Shown one piece after another: positions 12,785 to 27,539 of a stretch of DNA of 64,000 nt. The notes beneath the pieces are model-generated. The model did not search any database. It had not been told where the DNA came from and was given only the letters and a program-made list of their open reading frames with translations. A program made the position numbers and the translations under genes. Numbering within the stretch: position 1 is the stretch's first letter; each line of letters opens with the position of its first letter. The DNA comes from Eledone cirrhosa (lineage: Eukaryota): positions 22,630,001 to 22,694,000 of the forward strand of contig OZ024742.1 in assembly GCA_964016885.1 (NCBI GenBank), in the 5' to 3' direction.

Positions 12785-15700
12785 TATCGCGGTATCAAAT
12801 TACCAAGAGATTACCACTCTTCTGTCACCTTAACTCACTGAAACAGAGACACAAGTATCGTGGTATCAATTTACCAAGATATTCCCACTCTTCTGTCACC
12901 TTGACTCACTGAAACAGAGACACAAGTATCGCGGTATCAAATTACCAAGAGATTACCACTCTTCTGTAACCTTAACTCACTGAAACAGAGACACAAGTAT
13001 CGCGGTATCAAATTACCAAGAGATTCCCCCCTCTTCTGTCACCTTAACTCAATGAAACAGAGACACAAGTATCGCGGTATCAAATTACCAAGATATTCCC
13101 ACTCTTCTGTCACCTTAACTCACTGAAACAGAGACACAAGTATCGCGGTATCAAATTACCAAGATATTCCCCCTCTTCTGTCAACTTAACTCACTGAAAC
13201 AGAGACACAAGTATCGCGGTATCAAATTACCAAGAGATTCCCCCCTCTTCTGTCACCTTAACTCACTCAAACAGAGACACAAGTATCGCGGTATCAAATT
13301 ACCAAGATATTCCCACTCTTCTGTCACCTTAACTCACTGAAACAGAGACACAAGTATCGCGGTATCAAATTACCAGGAGATTCCCACTCTTCTGTCACCT
13401 TAACTCACTGAAACAGAGACACAAGTATCGCGGTGTTAAATTACCAAGAGATTCCCACTCTTCTGTCACCTTAACTCACTGAAACAGAGACACTAGTATC
13501 GCGGTATCAAATTACCAGGAGATACCCCCCTCTTCTGTCACCTTAACTCACTCAAACAGAGACACAAGTATCGCGGTATCAAATTACCAAGATATTCCCA
13601 CTCTTCTGTCACCTTAACTCACTGAAACAGAGACACAAGTATCGCGGTATCAAATTACCAAGAGATTCCCACTCTTCTCTCACCTTAACTCACTGAATTA
13701 TAGACACAAGTATCTCGGTATCAAATTACCAAGAGATTCCCACTCTTCTGTTACCTTAGCTCACTGAAACAGAGACACATGTATCGCGGTATCAAATTAC
13801 CAAGAGATACCCGACTCATTTGTCACCTCAACTCACTGAAAAAGAGACACAAGTATCGCGGTGTCAAATTACCAAGAGATTCCCACTCTTCAGTCACCTT
13901 AACACACTGAAACAGAGACACAAGTATGGTGGTATCAAATTACCAAGAGTTACCCCACTCTTTTGTCACCTTAACTCACTGAAACAGAAACACAAGTATC
14001 GCGGTATCAAATTACCAAGAGATACCCTACTCTTCTGTCACCTTAACTCACTGAAACAGAGACACAAGTATCGCGGTATCAAATTACCAAGATATTCCCA
14101 CTCTTCTGTCACCTTAACTCACTGAAACAGAGACACAAGTATCGCGGTATCAAATTACCAGGAGATTCCCCCCTCTTCTGTCACCTTAACTCACTGAAAC
14201 AGAGACACAAGTATTGCGGTATCAAATTATCTAGAGATTCCCACTGTTCTGTCACCTTAACTCACTAAAACAGAGACACAAGTATCGCAGTATTAAATTA
14301 CCAAGAGATTCCCACTCTTCTGTCACCTTAACTCACTGAAACAGAGACACAAGTATCGCGGTATCAAATTACCAGGAGATTCCCCCCTCTTCTGTCACCT
14401 TAACTCACTCAAACAGAGACACAAGTATCGCGGTATCAAATTACCAAGAGATTCCCACTCTTCTGTCACCTTAACTCACTGAAACAGAGACACAAGTATC
14501 GCGGTATCAAGTTACCAAGAGATTCCCAACCTTCTCTCACCTTAACTCACTGAAATATAGACACAAGTATCTCGGTATCAAATTACCAAGAGATTCCCAC
14601 TCTTCTGTCACCTTAACTCACTGAAACAGAGACACAAGTATCGCGGTGTCAAATTACCAAGAGATTACCACTCTTCTGTCATCATAACTCACTGAAACAG
14701 AGACACTAGTATCGCGGTATCAAATTACCAAGAGGTTCCCCACTCTTCTGTCACCTTAACTCACTGAAACAGAGACACATGTATCGCGGTATCAAATTAC
14801 CAAGAGATTCCCCACTCTTCTGTCACCCTAACTCACTGAAACAGATACACAAGTATTGCGGTATCAAATTACCAAGAGATTCCCACTCTTCTGTCACCTT
14901 AACTCACTGAAATGTAGACACAAGTATCTCGGTATCAAATTACCAAGAGATTCTCACTCTTCTGTCACCTTAAGTCACTGAAACAGAGACATAAGTATCG
15001 CGGTATCAAATTACCAAGAGATTCCCCACTCTTCGGTCACCTTAACTCGCTGAAACAGAGAGACAAGTATCGCGGTATCAAATTACTAAGAGATTCGCAC
15101 TCTTCTGTCACCTTAACTCACTGAAACAGAGACACAAGTATCGCGGTATCAAATTACCAAGATATTCCCACTCTTCTGTCAGCTTAACTCACTGAAACAG
15201 GGCCACAAGTATCGCGGTATCAAATTACCAGGAGATTCCCCCTCTTCTGTCACATTGACTCACTGAAACAGAGACACAAGTAGCGCGGTATCAAATTACC
15301 GAGAAATTACCACTCTTCTGTCACCTTAACTTACTGAAACAGAGACACAAGTATCGCAGTGTCAAATTACCAAGAGATTACCACTCTTCTGTCACCTTAA
15401 CTCACTGAAACAGAGACACAAGTATCGCGGTATCAAATTACCAGGAGATTCCCCCCTCTTCTGTCACCTTAACTCACTCAAACAGAGACACAAGTATCGC
15501 GGTATCAAATTACCAAGAGATTACCACTCTTCTGTCACCTTAACTCACTGAAACAGAGACACAAGTATCGTGGTATCAATTTACCAAGATATTCCCACTC
15601 TTCTGTCACCTTGACTCACTGAAACAGAGACACAAGTATCGCGGTATCAAATTACCAAGAGATTACCACTCTTCTGTAACCTTAACTCACTGAAACAGAG

Positions 15701-18700
15701 ACACAAGTATCGCGGTATCAAATTACCAAGAGATTCCCCCCTCTTCTGTCACCTTAACTCAATGAAACAGAGACACAAGTATCGCGGTATCAAATTACCA
15801 AGATATTCCCACTCTTCTGTCACCTTAACTCACTGAAACAGAGACACAAGTATCGCGGTATCAAATTACCAAGATATTCCCCCTCTTCTGTCAACTTAAC
15901 TCACTGAAACAGAGACACAAGTATCGCGGTATCAAATTACCAAGAGATTCCCCCCTCTTCTGTCACCTTAACTCACTCAAACAGAGACACAAGTATCGCG
16001 GTATCAAATTACCAAGATATTCCCACTCTTCTGTCACCTTAACTCACTGAAACAGAGACACAAGTATCGCGGTATCAAATTACCAGGAGATTCCCACTCT
16101 TCTGTCACCTTAACTCACTGAAACAGAGACACAAGTATCGCGGTGTTAAATTACCAAGAGATTCCCACTCTTCTGTCACCTTAACTCACTGAAACAGAGA
16201 CACAAGTATCGCGGTATCAAATTACCAGGAGATACCCCCCTCTTCTGTCACCTTAACTCACTCAAACAGAGACACAAGTATCGCGGTATCAAATTACCAA
16301 GATATTCCCACTCTTCTGTCACCTTAACTCACTGAAACAGAGACACAAGTATCGCGGTATCAAATTACCAAGAGATTCCCACTCTTCTCTCACCTTAACT
16401 CACTGAATTATAGACACAAGTATCTCGGTATCAAATTACCAAGAGATTCCCACTCTTCTGTTACCTTAGCTCACTGAAACAGAGACACATGTATCGCGGT
16501 ATCAAATTACCAAGAGATACCCGACTCATTTGTCACCTCAACTCACTGAAAAAGAGACACAAGTATCGCGGTGTCAAATTACCAAGAGATTCCCACTCTT
16601 CAGTCACCTTAACACACTGAAACAGAGACACAAGTATGGTGGTATCAAATTACCAAGAGTTACCCCACTCTTTTGTCACCTTAACTCACTGAAACAGAAA
16701 CACAAGTATCGCGGTATCAAATTACCAAGAGATACCCTACTCTTCTGTCACCTTAACTCACTGAAACAGAGACACAAGTATCGCGGTATCAAATTACCAA
16801 GATATTCCCACTCTTCTGTCACCTTAACTCACTGAAACAGAGACACAAGTATCGCGGTATCAAATTACCAGGAGATTCCCCCCTCTTCTGTCACCTTAAC
16901 TCACTGAAACAGAGACACAAGTATTGCGGTATCAAATTATCTAGAGATTCCCACTGTTCTGTCACCTTAACTCACTAAAACAGAGACACAAGTATCGCAG
17001 TATTAAATTACCAAGAGATTCCCACTCTTCTGTCACCTTAACTCACTGAAACAGAGACACAAGTATCGCGGTATCAAATTACCAGGAGATTCCCCCCTCT
17101 TCTGTCACCTTAACTCACTCAAACAGAGACACAAGTATCGCGGTATCAAATTACCAAGAGATTCCCACTCTTCTGTCACCTTAACTCACTGAAACAGAGA
17201 CACAAGTATCGCGGTATCAAATTACCAAGAGATTCCCAACCTTCTCTCACCTTAACTCACTGAAATATAGACACAAGTATCTCGGTATCAAATTACCAAG
17301 AGATTCCCACTCTTCTGTCACCTTAACTCACTGAAACAGAGACACAAGTATCGCGGTGTCAAATTACCAAGAGATTACCACTCTTCTGTCATCATAACTC
17401 ACTGAAACAGAGACACTAGTATCGCGGTATCAAATTACCAAGAGGTTCCCCACTCTTCTGTCACCTTAACTCACTGAAACAGAGACACATGTATCGCGGT
17501 ATCAAATTACCAAGAGATTCCCCACTCTTCTGTCACCCTAACTCACTGAAACAGATACACAAGTATTGCGGTATCAAATTACCAAGAGATTCCCACTCTT
17601 CTGTCACCTTAACTCACTGAAATGTAGACACAAGTATCTCGGTATCAAATTACCAAGAGATTCTCTCTCTTCTGTCACCTTAAGTCACTGAAACAGAGAC
17701 ATAAGTATCGCGGTATCAAATTACCAAGAGATTCCCCACTCTTCGGTCACCTTAACTCGCTGAAACAGAGAGACAAGTATCGCGGTATCAAATTACTAAG
17801 AGATTCGCACTCTTCTGTCACCTTAACTCACTGAAACAGAGACACAAGTATCGCGGTATCAAATTACCAAGATATTCCCACTCTTCTGTCAGCTTAACTC
17901 ACTGAAACAGGGCCACAAGTATCGCGGTATCAAATTACCAGGAGATTCCCCCTCTTCTGTCACATTGACTCACTGAAACAGAGACACAAGTAGCGCGGTA
18001 TCAAATTACCGAGAAATTACCACTCTTCTGTCACCTTAACTTACTGAAACAGAGACACAAGTATCGCAGTGTCAAATTACCAAGAGATTACCACTCTTCT
18101 GTCACCTTAACTCACTGAAACAGAGACACAAGTATCGCGGTATCAAATTACCAGGAGATTCCCCCCTCTTCTGTCACCTTAACTCACTCAAACAGAGACA
18201 CAAGTATCGCGGTGTCAAATTACCAAGATATTCCCACTCTTCTGTCACCTTAACTCACTGAAACAGAGACACAAGTATCGCGGTATCAAATTACCAAGAG
18301 ATTCCCACTCTTCTCTCACCTTAACTCACTGAAATATAGACACAAGTATCTCGGTATCAAATTACCAAGAGATTCCCACTGTTCTGTTACCTTAGCTCAC
18401 TGAAACAGAGACACATGTATCGCGGTATCAAATTACCAAGAGATACCCGACTCTTTTGTCACCTTAACTCACTGAAAAAGAGACACAAGTATCGCGGTGT
18501 CAAATTACCAAGAGATTCCCACTCTTCAGTCACCTTAACACACTGAAACAGAGACACAAGTATCGCGGTATCAAATTACCAAGAGATTCCCCCCTCATCT
18601 GTCACCTTAACTCACTGAAACAGAGACACAAGTATCGCGGTATCAAATTACCAAGAGATTCCCCCCTCTTCTGTCACCTTAACTCACTCAAACAGAGACA

Positions 18701-21700
18701 CAAGTATCGCGGTATCAAATTACCAAGATATTCCCACTCTTCTGTCACCTTAACTCACTGAAACAGAGACACAAGTATCGCGGTATCAAATTACCAGGAG
18801 ATTCCCACTCTTCTGTCACCTTAACTCACTGAAACAGAGACACAAGTATCGCGGTATTAAATTACCAAGAGATTCCCACTCTTCTGTCACCTTAACTCAC
18901 TGAAACAGAGACACAAGTATCGCGGTATCAAATTACCAGGAGATACCCCCCTCTTCTGTCACCTTAACTCACTCAAACAGAGACACAAGTATCGCGGTAT
19001 CAAATTACCAAGATATTCCCACTCTTCTGTCACCTTAACTCACTGAAACAGAGACACAAGTATCGCGGTATCAAATTACCAAGAGATTCCCACTCTTCTC
19101 TCACCTTAACTCACTGAATTATAGACACAAGTATCTCGGTATCAAATTACCAAGAGATTCCCACTCTTCTGTTACCTTAGCTCACTGAAACAGAGACACA
19201 TGTATCGCGGTATCAAATTACCAAGAGATACCCGACTCATTTGTCACCTCAACTCACTGAAAAAGAGACACAAGTATCGCGGTGTCAAATTACCAAGAGA
19301 TTCCCACTCTTCAGTCACCTTAACACACTGAAACAGAGACACAAGTATGGTGGTATCAAATTACCAAGAGTTACCCCACTCTTTTGTCACCTTAACTCAC
19401 TAAAACAGAAACACAAGTATCGCGGTATCAAATTACCAAGAGATACCCTACTCTTCTGTCACCTTAACTCACTGAAACAGAGACACAAGTATCGCGGTAT
19501 CAAATTACCAAGATATTCCCACTCTTCTGTCACCTTAACTCACTGAAACAGAGACACAAGTATCGCGGTATCAAATTACCAGGAGATTCCCCCCTCTTCT
19601 GTCACCTTAACTCACTGAAACAGAGACACAAGTATTGCGGTATCAAATTATCTAGAGATTCCCACTGTTCTGTCACCTTAACTCACTAAAACAGAGACAC
19701 AAGTATCGCAGTATTAAATTACCAAGAGATTCCCACTCTTCTGTCACCTTAACTCACTGAAACAGAGACACAAGTATCGCGGTATCAAATTACCAGGAGA
19801 TTCCCCCCTCTTCTGTCACCTTAACTCACTCAAACAGAGACACAAGTATCGCGTTATCAAATTACCAAGAGATTCCCACTCTTCTGTCACCTTAACTCAC
19901 TGAAACAGAGACACAAGTATCGCGGTATCAAATTACCAAGAGATTCCCACTCTTCTCTCACCTTAACTCACTGAAATATAGACACAAGTATCTCGGTATC
20001 AAATTACCAAGAGATTCCCACTCTTCTGTCACCTTAACTCACTGAAACAGAGACACAAGTATCGCGGTGTCAAATTACCAAGAGATTACCACTCTTCTGT
20101 CATCATAACTCACTGAAACAGAGACACTAGTATCGCGGTATCAAATTACCAAGAGGTTCCCCACTCTTCTGTCACCTTAACTCACTGAAACAGAGACACA
20201 TGTATCGCGGTATCAAATTACCAAGAGATTCCCCACTCTTCTGTCACCCTAACTCACTGAAACAGATACACAAGTATTGCGGTATCAAATTACCAAGAGA
20301 TTCCCACTCTTCTGTCACCTTAACTCACTGAAATGTAGACACAAGTATCTCGGTATCAAATTACCAAGAGATTCTCACTCTTCTGTCACATTAAGTCACT
20401 GAAACAGAGACATAAGTATCGCGGTATCAAATTACCAAGAGATTCCCCACTCTTCGGTCACCTTAACTCGCTGAAACAGAGAGACAAGTATCGCGGTATC
20501 AAATTACTAAGAGATTCGCACTCTTCTGTCACCTTAACTCACTGAAACAGAGACACAAGTATCGCGGTATCAAATTACCAAGATATTCCCACTCTTCTGT
20601 CACCTTAACTCACTGAAACAGGGCCACAAGTATCGCGGTATCAAATTACCAGGAGATTCCCCCTCTTCTGTCACATTAACTCACTGAAACAGAGACACAA
20701 GTATCGCGGTATCAAATTACCAAGAAATTACCACTCTTCTGTCACCTTAACTTACTGAAACAGAGACACAAGTATCGCAGTGTCAAATTACCAAGAGATT
20801 ACCACTCTTCTGTCACCTTAACTCACTGAAACAGAGACACAAGTATCGCGGTATCAAATTACCAGGAGATTCCCCCCTCTTCTGTCACCTTAACTCACTC
20901 AAACAGAGACACAAGTATCGCGGTATCAAATTACCAAGATATTCCCACTCTTCTGTCACCTTAACTCACTGAAACAGAGACACAAGTATCGCGGTATCAA
21001 ATTACCAAGAGATTCCCACTCTTCTCTCACCTTAACTCACTGAAATATAGACACAAGTATCTCGGTATCAAATTACCAAGAGATTCCCACTGTTCTGTTA
21101 CCTTAGCTCACTGAAACAGAGACACATGTATCGCGGTATCAAATTACCAAGAGATACCCGACTCTTTTGTCACCTTAACTCACTGAAAAAGAGACACAAG
21201 TATCGCGGTGTCAAATTACCAAGAGATTCCCACTCTTCAGTCACCTTAACACACTGAAACAGAGACACAAGTATCGCGGTATCAAATTACCAAGAGATTC
21301 CCCCCCTCATCTGTCACCTTAACTCACTGAAACAGAGACACAAGTATCGCGGTATCAAATTACCAAGAGATTCCCCCCTCTTCTGTCACCTTAACTCACT
21401 CAAACAGAGACACAAGTATCGCGGTATCAAATTACCAAGATATTCCCACTCTTCTGTCACCTTAACTCACTGAAACAGAGACACAAGTATCGCGGTATCA
21501 AATTACCAGGAGATTCCCACTCTTCTGTCACCTTAACTCACTGAAACAGAGACACAAGTATCGCGGTATTAAATTACCAAGAGATTCCCACTCTTCTGTC
21601 ACCTTAACTCACTGAAACAGAGACACAAGTATCGCGGTATCAAATTACCAGGAGATACCCCCCTCTTCTGTCACCTTAACTCACTCAAACAGAGACACAA

Positions 21701-24700
21701 GTATCGCGGTATCAAATTACCAAGATATTCCCACTCTTCTGTCACCTTAACTCACTGAAACAGAGACACAAGTATCGCGGTATCAAATTACCAAGAGATT
21801 CCCACTCTTCTCTCACCTTAACTCACTGAATTATAGACACAAGTATCTCGGTATCAAATTACCAAGAGATTCCCACTCTTCTGTTACCTTAGCTCACTGA
21901 AACAGAGACACATGTATCGCGGTATCAAATTACCAAGAGATACCCGACTCATTTGTCACCTCAACTCACTGAAAAAGAGACACAAGTATCGCGGTGTCAA
22001 ATTACCAAGAGATTCCCACTCTTCAGTCACCTTAACACACTGAAACAGAGACACAAGTATGGTGGTATCAAATTACCAAGAGTTACCCCACTCTTTTGTC
22101 ACCTTAACTCACTGAAACAGAAACACAAGTATGGTGGTATCAAATTACCAAGAGTCACCCCACTCTTTTGTCACCTTAACTCACTGAAACAGAAACACAA
22201 GTATCGCGGTATCAAATTACCAAGAGATACCCTACTCTTCTGTCACCTTAACTCACTGAAACAGAGACACAAGTATCGCGGTATCAAATTACCAAGATAT
22301 TCCCACTCTTCTGTCACCTTAACTCACTGAAACAGAGACACAAGTATCGCGGTATCAAATTACCAAGAGATACCCTACTCTTCTGTCAGCTTAACTCACT
22401 GAAACAGAGACACAAGTATCGCGGTATCAAATTACCAAGAGATTCCCACTCTTCTGTCACCTTAACTCACTGAAATGTAGACACAAGTATCTCGGTATCA
22501 AATTACCAAGAGATTCTCACTCTTCTGTCACCTTAAGTCACTGAAACAGAGACATAAGTATCGCGGTATCAAATTACCAAGAGATTCCCCACTCTTCGGT
22601 CACCTTAACTCGCTGAAACAGAGAGACAAGTATCGCGGTATCAAATTACTAAGAGATTCGCACTCTTCTGTCACCTTAACTCACTGAAACAGAGACACAA
22701 GTATCGCGGTATCAAATTACCAAGATATTCCCACTCTTCTGTCACCTTAACTCACTGAAACAGGGCCACAAGTATCGCGGTATCAAATTACCAGGAGATT
22801 TCCCCCTCTTCTGTCACATTAACTCACTGAAACAGAGACACAAGTATCGCGGTATCAAATTACCAAGAAATTACCACTCTTCTGTCACCTTAACTTACTG
22901 AAACAGAGACACAAGTATCGCAGTGTCAAATTACCAAGAGATTACCACTCTTCTGTCACCTTAACTCACTGAAACAGAGACACAAGTATCGCGGTATCAA
23001 ATTACCAGGAGATTCCCCCCTCTTCTGTCACCTTAACTCACTCAAACAGAGACACAAGTATCGCGGTATCAAATTACCAAGATATTCCCACTCTTCTGTC
23101 ACCTTAACTCACTGAAACAGAGACACAAGTATCGCGGTATCAAATTACCAAGAGATTCCCACTCTTCTCTCACCTTAACTCACTGAAATATAGACACAAG
23201 TATCTCGGTATCAAATTACCAAGAGATTCCCACTGTTCTGTTACCTTAGCTCACTGAAACAGAGACACATGTATCGCGGTATCAAATTACCAAGAGATAC
23301 CCGACTCTTTTGTCACCTTAACTCACTGAAAAAGAGACACAAGTATCGCGGTGTCAAATTACCAAGAGATTCCCACTCTTCAGTCACCTTAACACACTGA
23401 AACAGAGACACAAGTATCGCGGTATCAAATTACCAAGAGATTCCCCCCTCATCTGTCACCTTAACTCACTGAAACAGAGACACAAGTATCGCGGTATCAA
23501 ATTACCAAGAGATTCCCCCCTCTTCTGTCACCTTAACTCACTCAAACAGAGACACAAGTATCGCGGTATCAAATTACCAAGATATTCCCACTCTTCTGTC
23601 ACCTTAACTCACTGAAACAGAGACACAAGTATCGCGGTATCAAATTACCAGGAGATTCCCACTCTTCTGTCACCTTAACTCACTGAAACAGAGACACAAG
23701 TATCGCGGTATTAAATTACCAAGAGATTCCCACTCTTCTGTCACCTTAACTCACTGAAACAGAGACACAAGTATCGCGGTATCAAATTACCAGGAGATAC
23801 CCCGCTCTTCTGTCACCTTAACTCACTCAAACAGAGACACAAGTATCGCGGTATCAAATTACCAAGATATTCCCACTCTTCTGTCACCTTAACTCACTGA
23901 AACAGAGACACAAGTATCGCGGTATCAAATTACCAAGAGATTCCCACTCTTCTCTCACCTTAACTCACTGAATTATAGACACAAGTATCTCGGTATCAAA
24001 TTACCAAGAGATTCCCACTCTTCTGTTACCTTAGCTCACTGAAACAGAGACACATGTATCGCGGTATCAAATTACCAAGAGATACCCGACTCATTTGTCA
24101 CCTCAACTCACTGAAAAAGAGACACAAGTATCGCGGTGTCAAATTACCAAGAGATTCCCACTCTTCAGTCACCTTAACACACTGAAACAGAGACACAAGT
24201 ATGGTGGTATCAAATTACCAAGAGTTACCCCACTCTTTTGTCACCTTAACTCACTGAAACAGAAACACAAGTATCGCGGTATCAAATTACCAAGAGATAC
24301 CCTACTCTTCTGTCACCTTAACTCACTGAAACAGAGACACAAGTATCGCGGTATCAAATTACCAAGATATTCCCACTCTTCTGTCACCTTAACTCACTGA
24401 AACAGAGACACAAGTATCGCGGTATCAAATTACCAGGAGATTCCCCCATCTTCTGTCACCTTAACTCACTGAAACAGAGACACAAGTATTGCGGTATCAA
24501 ATTATCTAGAGATTCCCACTGTTCTGTCACCTTAACTCACTAAAACAGAGACACAAGTATCGCAGTATTAAATTACCAAGAGATTCCCACTCTTCTGTCA
24601 CCTTAACTTACTGAAACAGAGACACAAGTATCGCGGTATCAAATTACCAGGAGATTCCCCCCTCTTCTGTCACCTTAACTCACTCAAACAGAGACACAAG

Positions 24701-26030
24701 TATCGCGGTATCAAATTACCAAGAGATTCCCACTCTTCTCTCACCTTAACTCACTGAAATATAGACACAAGTATCTCGGTATCAAATTACCAAGAGATTC
24801 CCACTCTTCTGTCACCTTAACTCACTGAAACAGAGACACAAGTATCGCGGTGTCAAATTACCAAGAGATTACCACTCTTCTGTCATCATAACTCACTGAA
24901 ACAGAGACACTAGTATCGCGGTATCAAATTACCAAGAGGTTCCCCACTCTTCTGTCACCTTAACTCACTGAAACAGAGACACATGTATCGCGGTATCAAA
25001 TTACCAAGAGATTCCCCACTCTTCTGTCACCCTAACTCACTGAAACAGATACACAAGTATTGCGGTATCAAATTACCAAGAGATTCCCACTCTTCTGTCA
25101 CCTTAACTCACTGAAATGTAGACACAAGTATCTCGGTATCAAATTACCAAGATATTCTCACTCTTCTGTCACCTTAAGTCACTGAAACAGAGACATAAGT
25201 ATCGCGGTATCAAATTACCAAGAGATTCCCCACTCTTCGGTCACCTTAACTCGCTGAAACAGAGAGACAAGTATCGCGGTATCAAATTACTAAGAGATTC
25301 GCACTCTTCTGTCACCTTAACTCACTGAAACAGAGACACAAGTATCGCGGTATCAAATTACCAAGATATTCCCACTCTTCTGTCACCTTAACTCACTGAA
25401 ACAGGGCCACAAGTATCGCGGTATCAAATTACCAGGAGATTCCCCCTCTTCTGTCACATTAACTCACTGAAACAGAGACACAAGTATCGCGGTATCAAAT
25501 TACCAAGAAATTACCACTCTTCTGTCACCTTAACTTACTGAAACAGAGACACAAGTATCGCAGTGTCAAATTACCAAGAGATTACCACTCTTCTGTCACC
25601 TTAACTCACTGAAACAGAGACACAAGTATCGCGGTATCAAATTACCAGGAGATTCCCCCCTCTTCTGTCACCTTAACTCACTCAAACAGAGACACAAGTA
25701 TCGCGGTATCAAATTACCAAGATATTCCCACTCTTCTGTCACCTTAACTCACTGAAACAGAGACACAAGTATCGCGGTATCAAATTACCAAGAGATTCCC
25801 ACTCTTCTCTCACCTTAACTCACTGAAATATAGACACAAGTATCTCGGTATCAAATTACCAAGAGATTCCCACTGTTCTGTTACCTTAGCTCACTGAAAC
25901 AGAGACACATGTATCGCGGTATCAAATTACCAAGAGATACCCGACTCTTTTGTCACCTTAACTCACTGAAAAAGAGACACAAGTATCGCGGTGTCAAATT
26001 ACCAAGATATTCCCACTCTTCTGTCACCTT
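12785..26030. repeat. HOR domain: ~5 copies of a ~38-monomer (~2.71 kb) unit, including shortened 30- and 37-monomer copies
   Basis: The CAGGGCCAC marker has GGCC at 15201, 17911, 20622, 22764 and 25405 (spacings 2710, 2711, 2142, 2641). Near-identical pseudo-ORFs start at 13820, 16530, 19241, 21953 and 24095. Confidence 0.93.
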
Positions 26031-26619
26031 AACTCACTGAAACAGAGACACAAGTATCGCGGTATCAAATTACCAAGAAATTACCACTCTTCTCTCACCT
26101 TAACTCACTTAAACAGAGACACAAGTATCGCGGTATCAAATTACCAAGAGATTCCCCCCTCCTCTGTCACCTTAACTCACTGAAACAGAGACACAAGTAT
26201 TGCGGTATCAAATCACCAGGAGATTCTCCCCTCTTCTGTCACCTTAACCCACTCAAACAGAGACACAAGTATCGCGGTATCAAATTACCAAGATATTCCC
26301 ACTCTTCTGTCACCTTAACTCACTGAAACAGAGACACAAGTATCGCGGTATCAAATTACCAAGAGATTCCCACTCTTCTGTCACCTTAATTCACTGAAAC
26401 AGAGACACAAGTATCGCGGTATCAAATTACCAAGAGATTCCCACTCTTCTCTCACCTTAACTCACTGAAATATAGACACAAGTATCTCGGTATCAAATTA
26501 CCAAGAAATTCCCACTCTTCTGTTACCTTAGCTCACTGAAACAGAGACACATGTATCGCGGTATCAAATTACCAAGAGATACCCGACTCTTTTGTCACCT
26601 TAACTCACTGAAAAAGAGA

Positions 26620-27150
26620 CACAAGTATCCCGGTATCAAATTACCAGGAGATTCCCCCCTCTTCTGTCACCTTAACTCAGTGAAACAGAGACAAAAGTAT
26701 CTCGGTATGAAATTACCAAGAGATTCCCACTCTTCTGTCACCTTAAGTCACTGAAACAGAGACATAAGTATCGCGGTATCAACTTACCAAGAGATTCCCC
26801 CCTCTTCTGTCACCTTAACCTACTCAAACAGAGACACAAGTATCGCGGTATCAAATTACCAAGATATTCCCACTCTTCTGTCACCTTAACTCACAGAAAC
26901 AGAGACACAAGTATCCCGGTATCAAATTACCAGGAGATTCCCCCCTCTTCTGTCACCTTAACTCAGTGAAACAGAGACACAAGTATCTCGGTATGAAATT
27001 ACCAAGAGATTCCCACTCTTCTGTCACCTTAAGTCACTGAAACAGAGACATAAGTATCGCGGTATCAACTTACCAAGAGATTCCCCCCTCTTCTGTCACC
27101 TTAACCTACTCAAACAGAGACACAAGTATCGCGGTATCAAATTACCAAGA
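26620..27150. repeat. 4-monomer (286 bp) tandem duplication
   Basis: The rare variant GGTATGAAATT occurs at 26704 and 26990, each followed by AAGTCACTG, ACATAAG, CAACTT and CCTACTCAA in the same order. Confidence 0.85.
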
Positions 27151-27539
27151 TATTCCCACTCTTCTGTCACCTTAACTCACTGAAACAGAGACACAAGTAT
27201 CGCGGTATCAAATTACCAAGAGATTCCCCTCTCTTCTGTCACATTAACTCACTGAAACAGAGACACAAGTATCGCGGCATCAAATTACCAAGAGATTCCC
27301 CTCTCTTCTGTCACATTAACTCACTGAAACAGAGACACAAGTATCGCGGTATCAAATTACCAAGAGATTACCACACTTCTGTCACCTTAACTCACTGAAA
27401 CAGAGACACAAGTATTGCGGTATCAAATTATCTAGAGATTCCCACTCTTCCGTCACCTTAACTCAGTGAAACAGAGACACAAGTATCGCGGTATTAAATT
27501 ACCAAGAGATTCCCACTCTTCTGTCACCTTAACTCACTG

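Noticed and set aside
13820-14125. C2H2 zinc-finger-like repeat protein (periodic C/H residues)
   Set aside because: The unit is 24 aa with a single Cys and no CxxC...HxxxH spacing or TGEKP linker.
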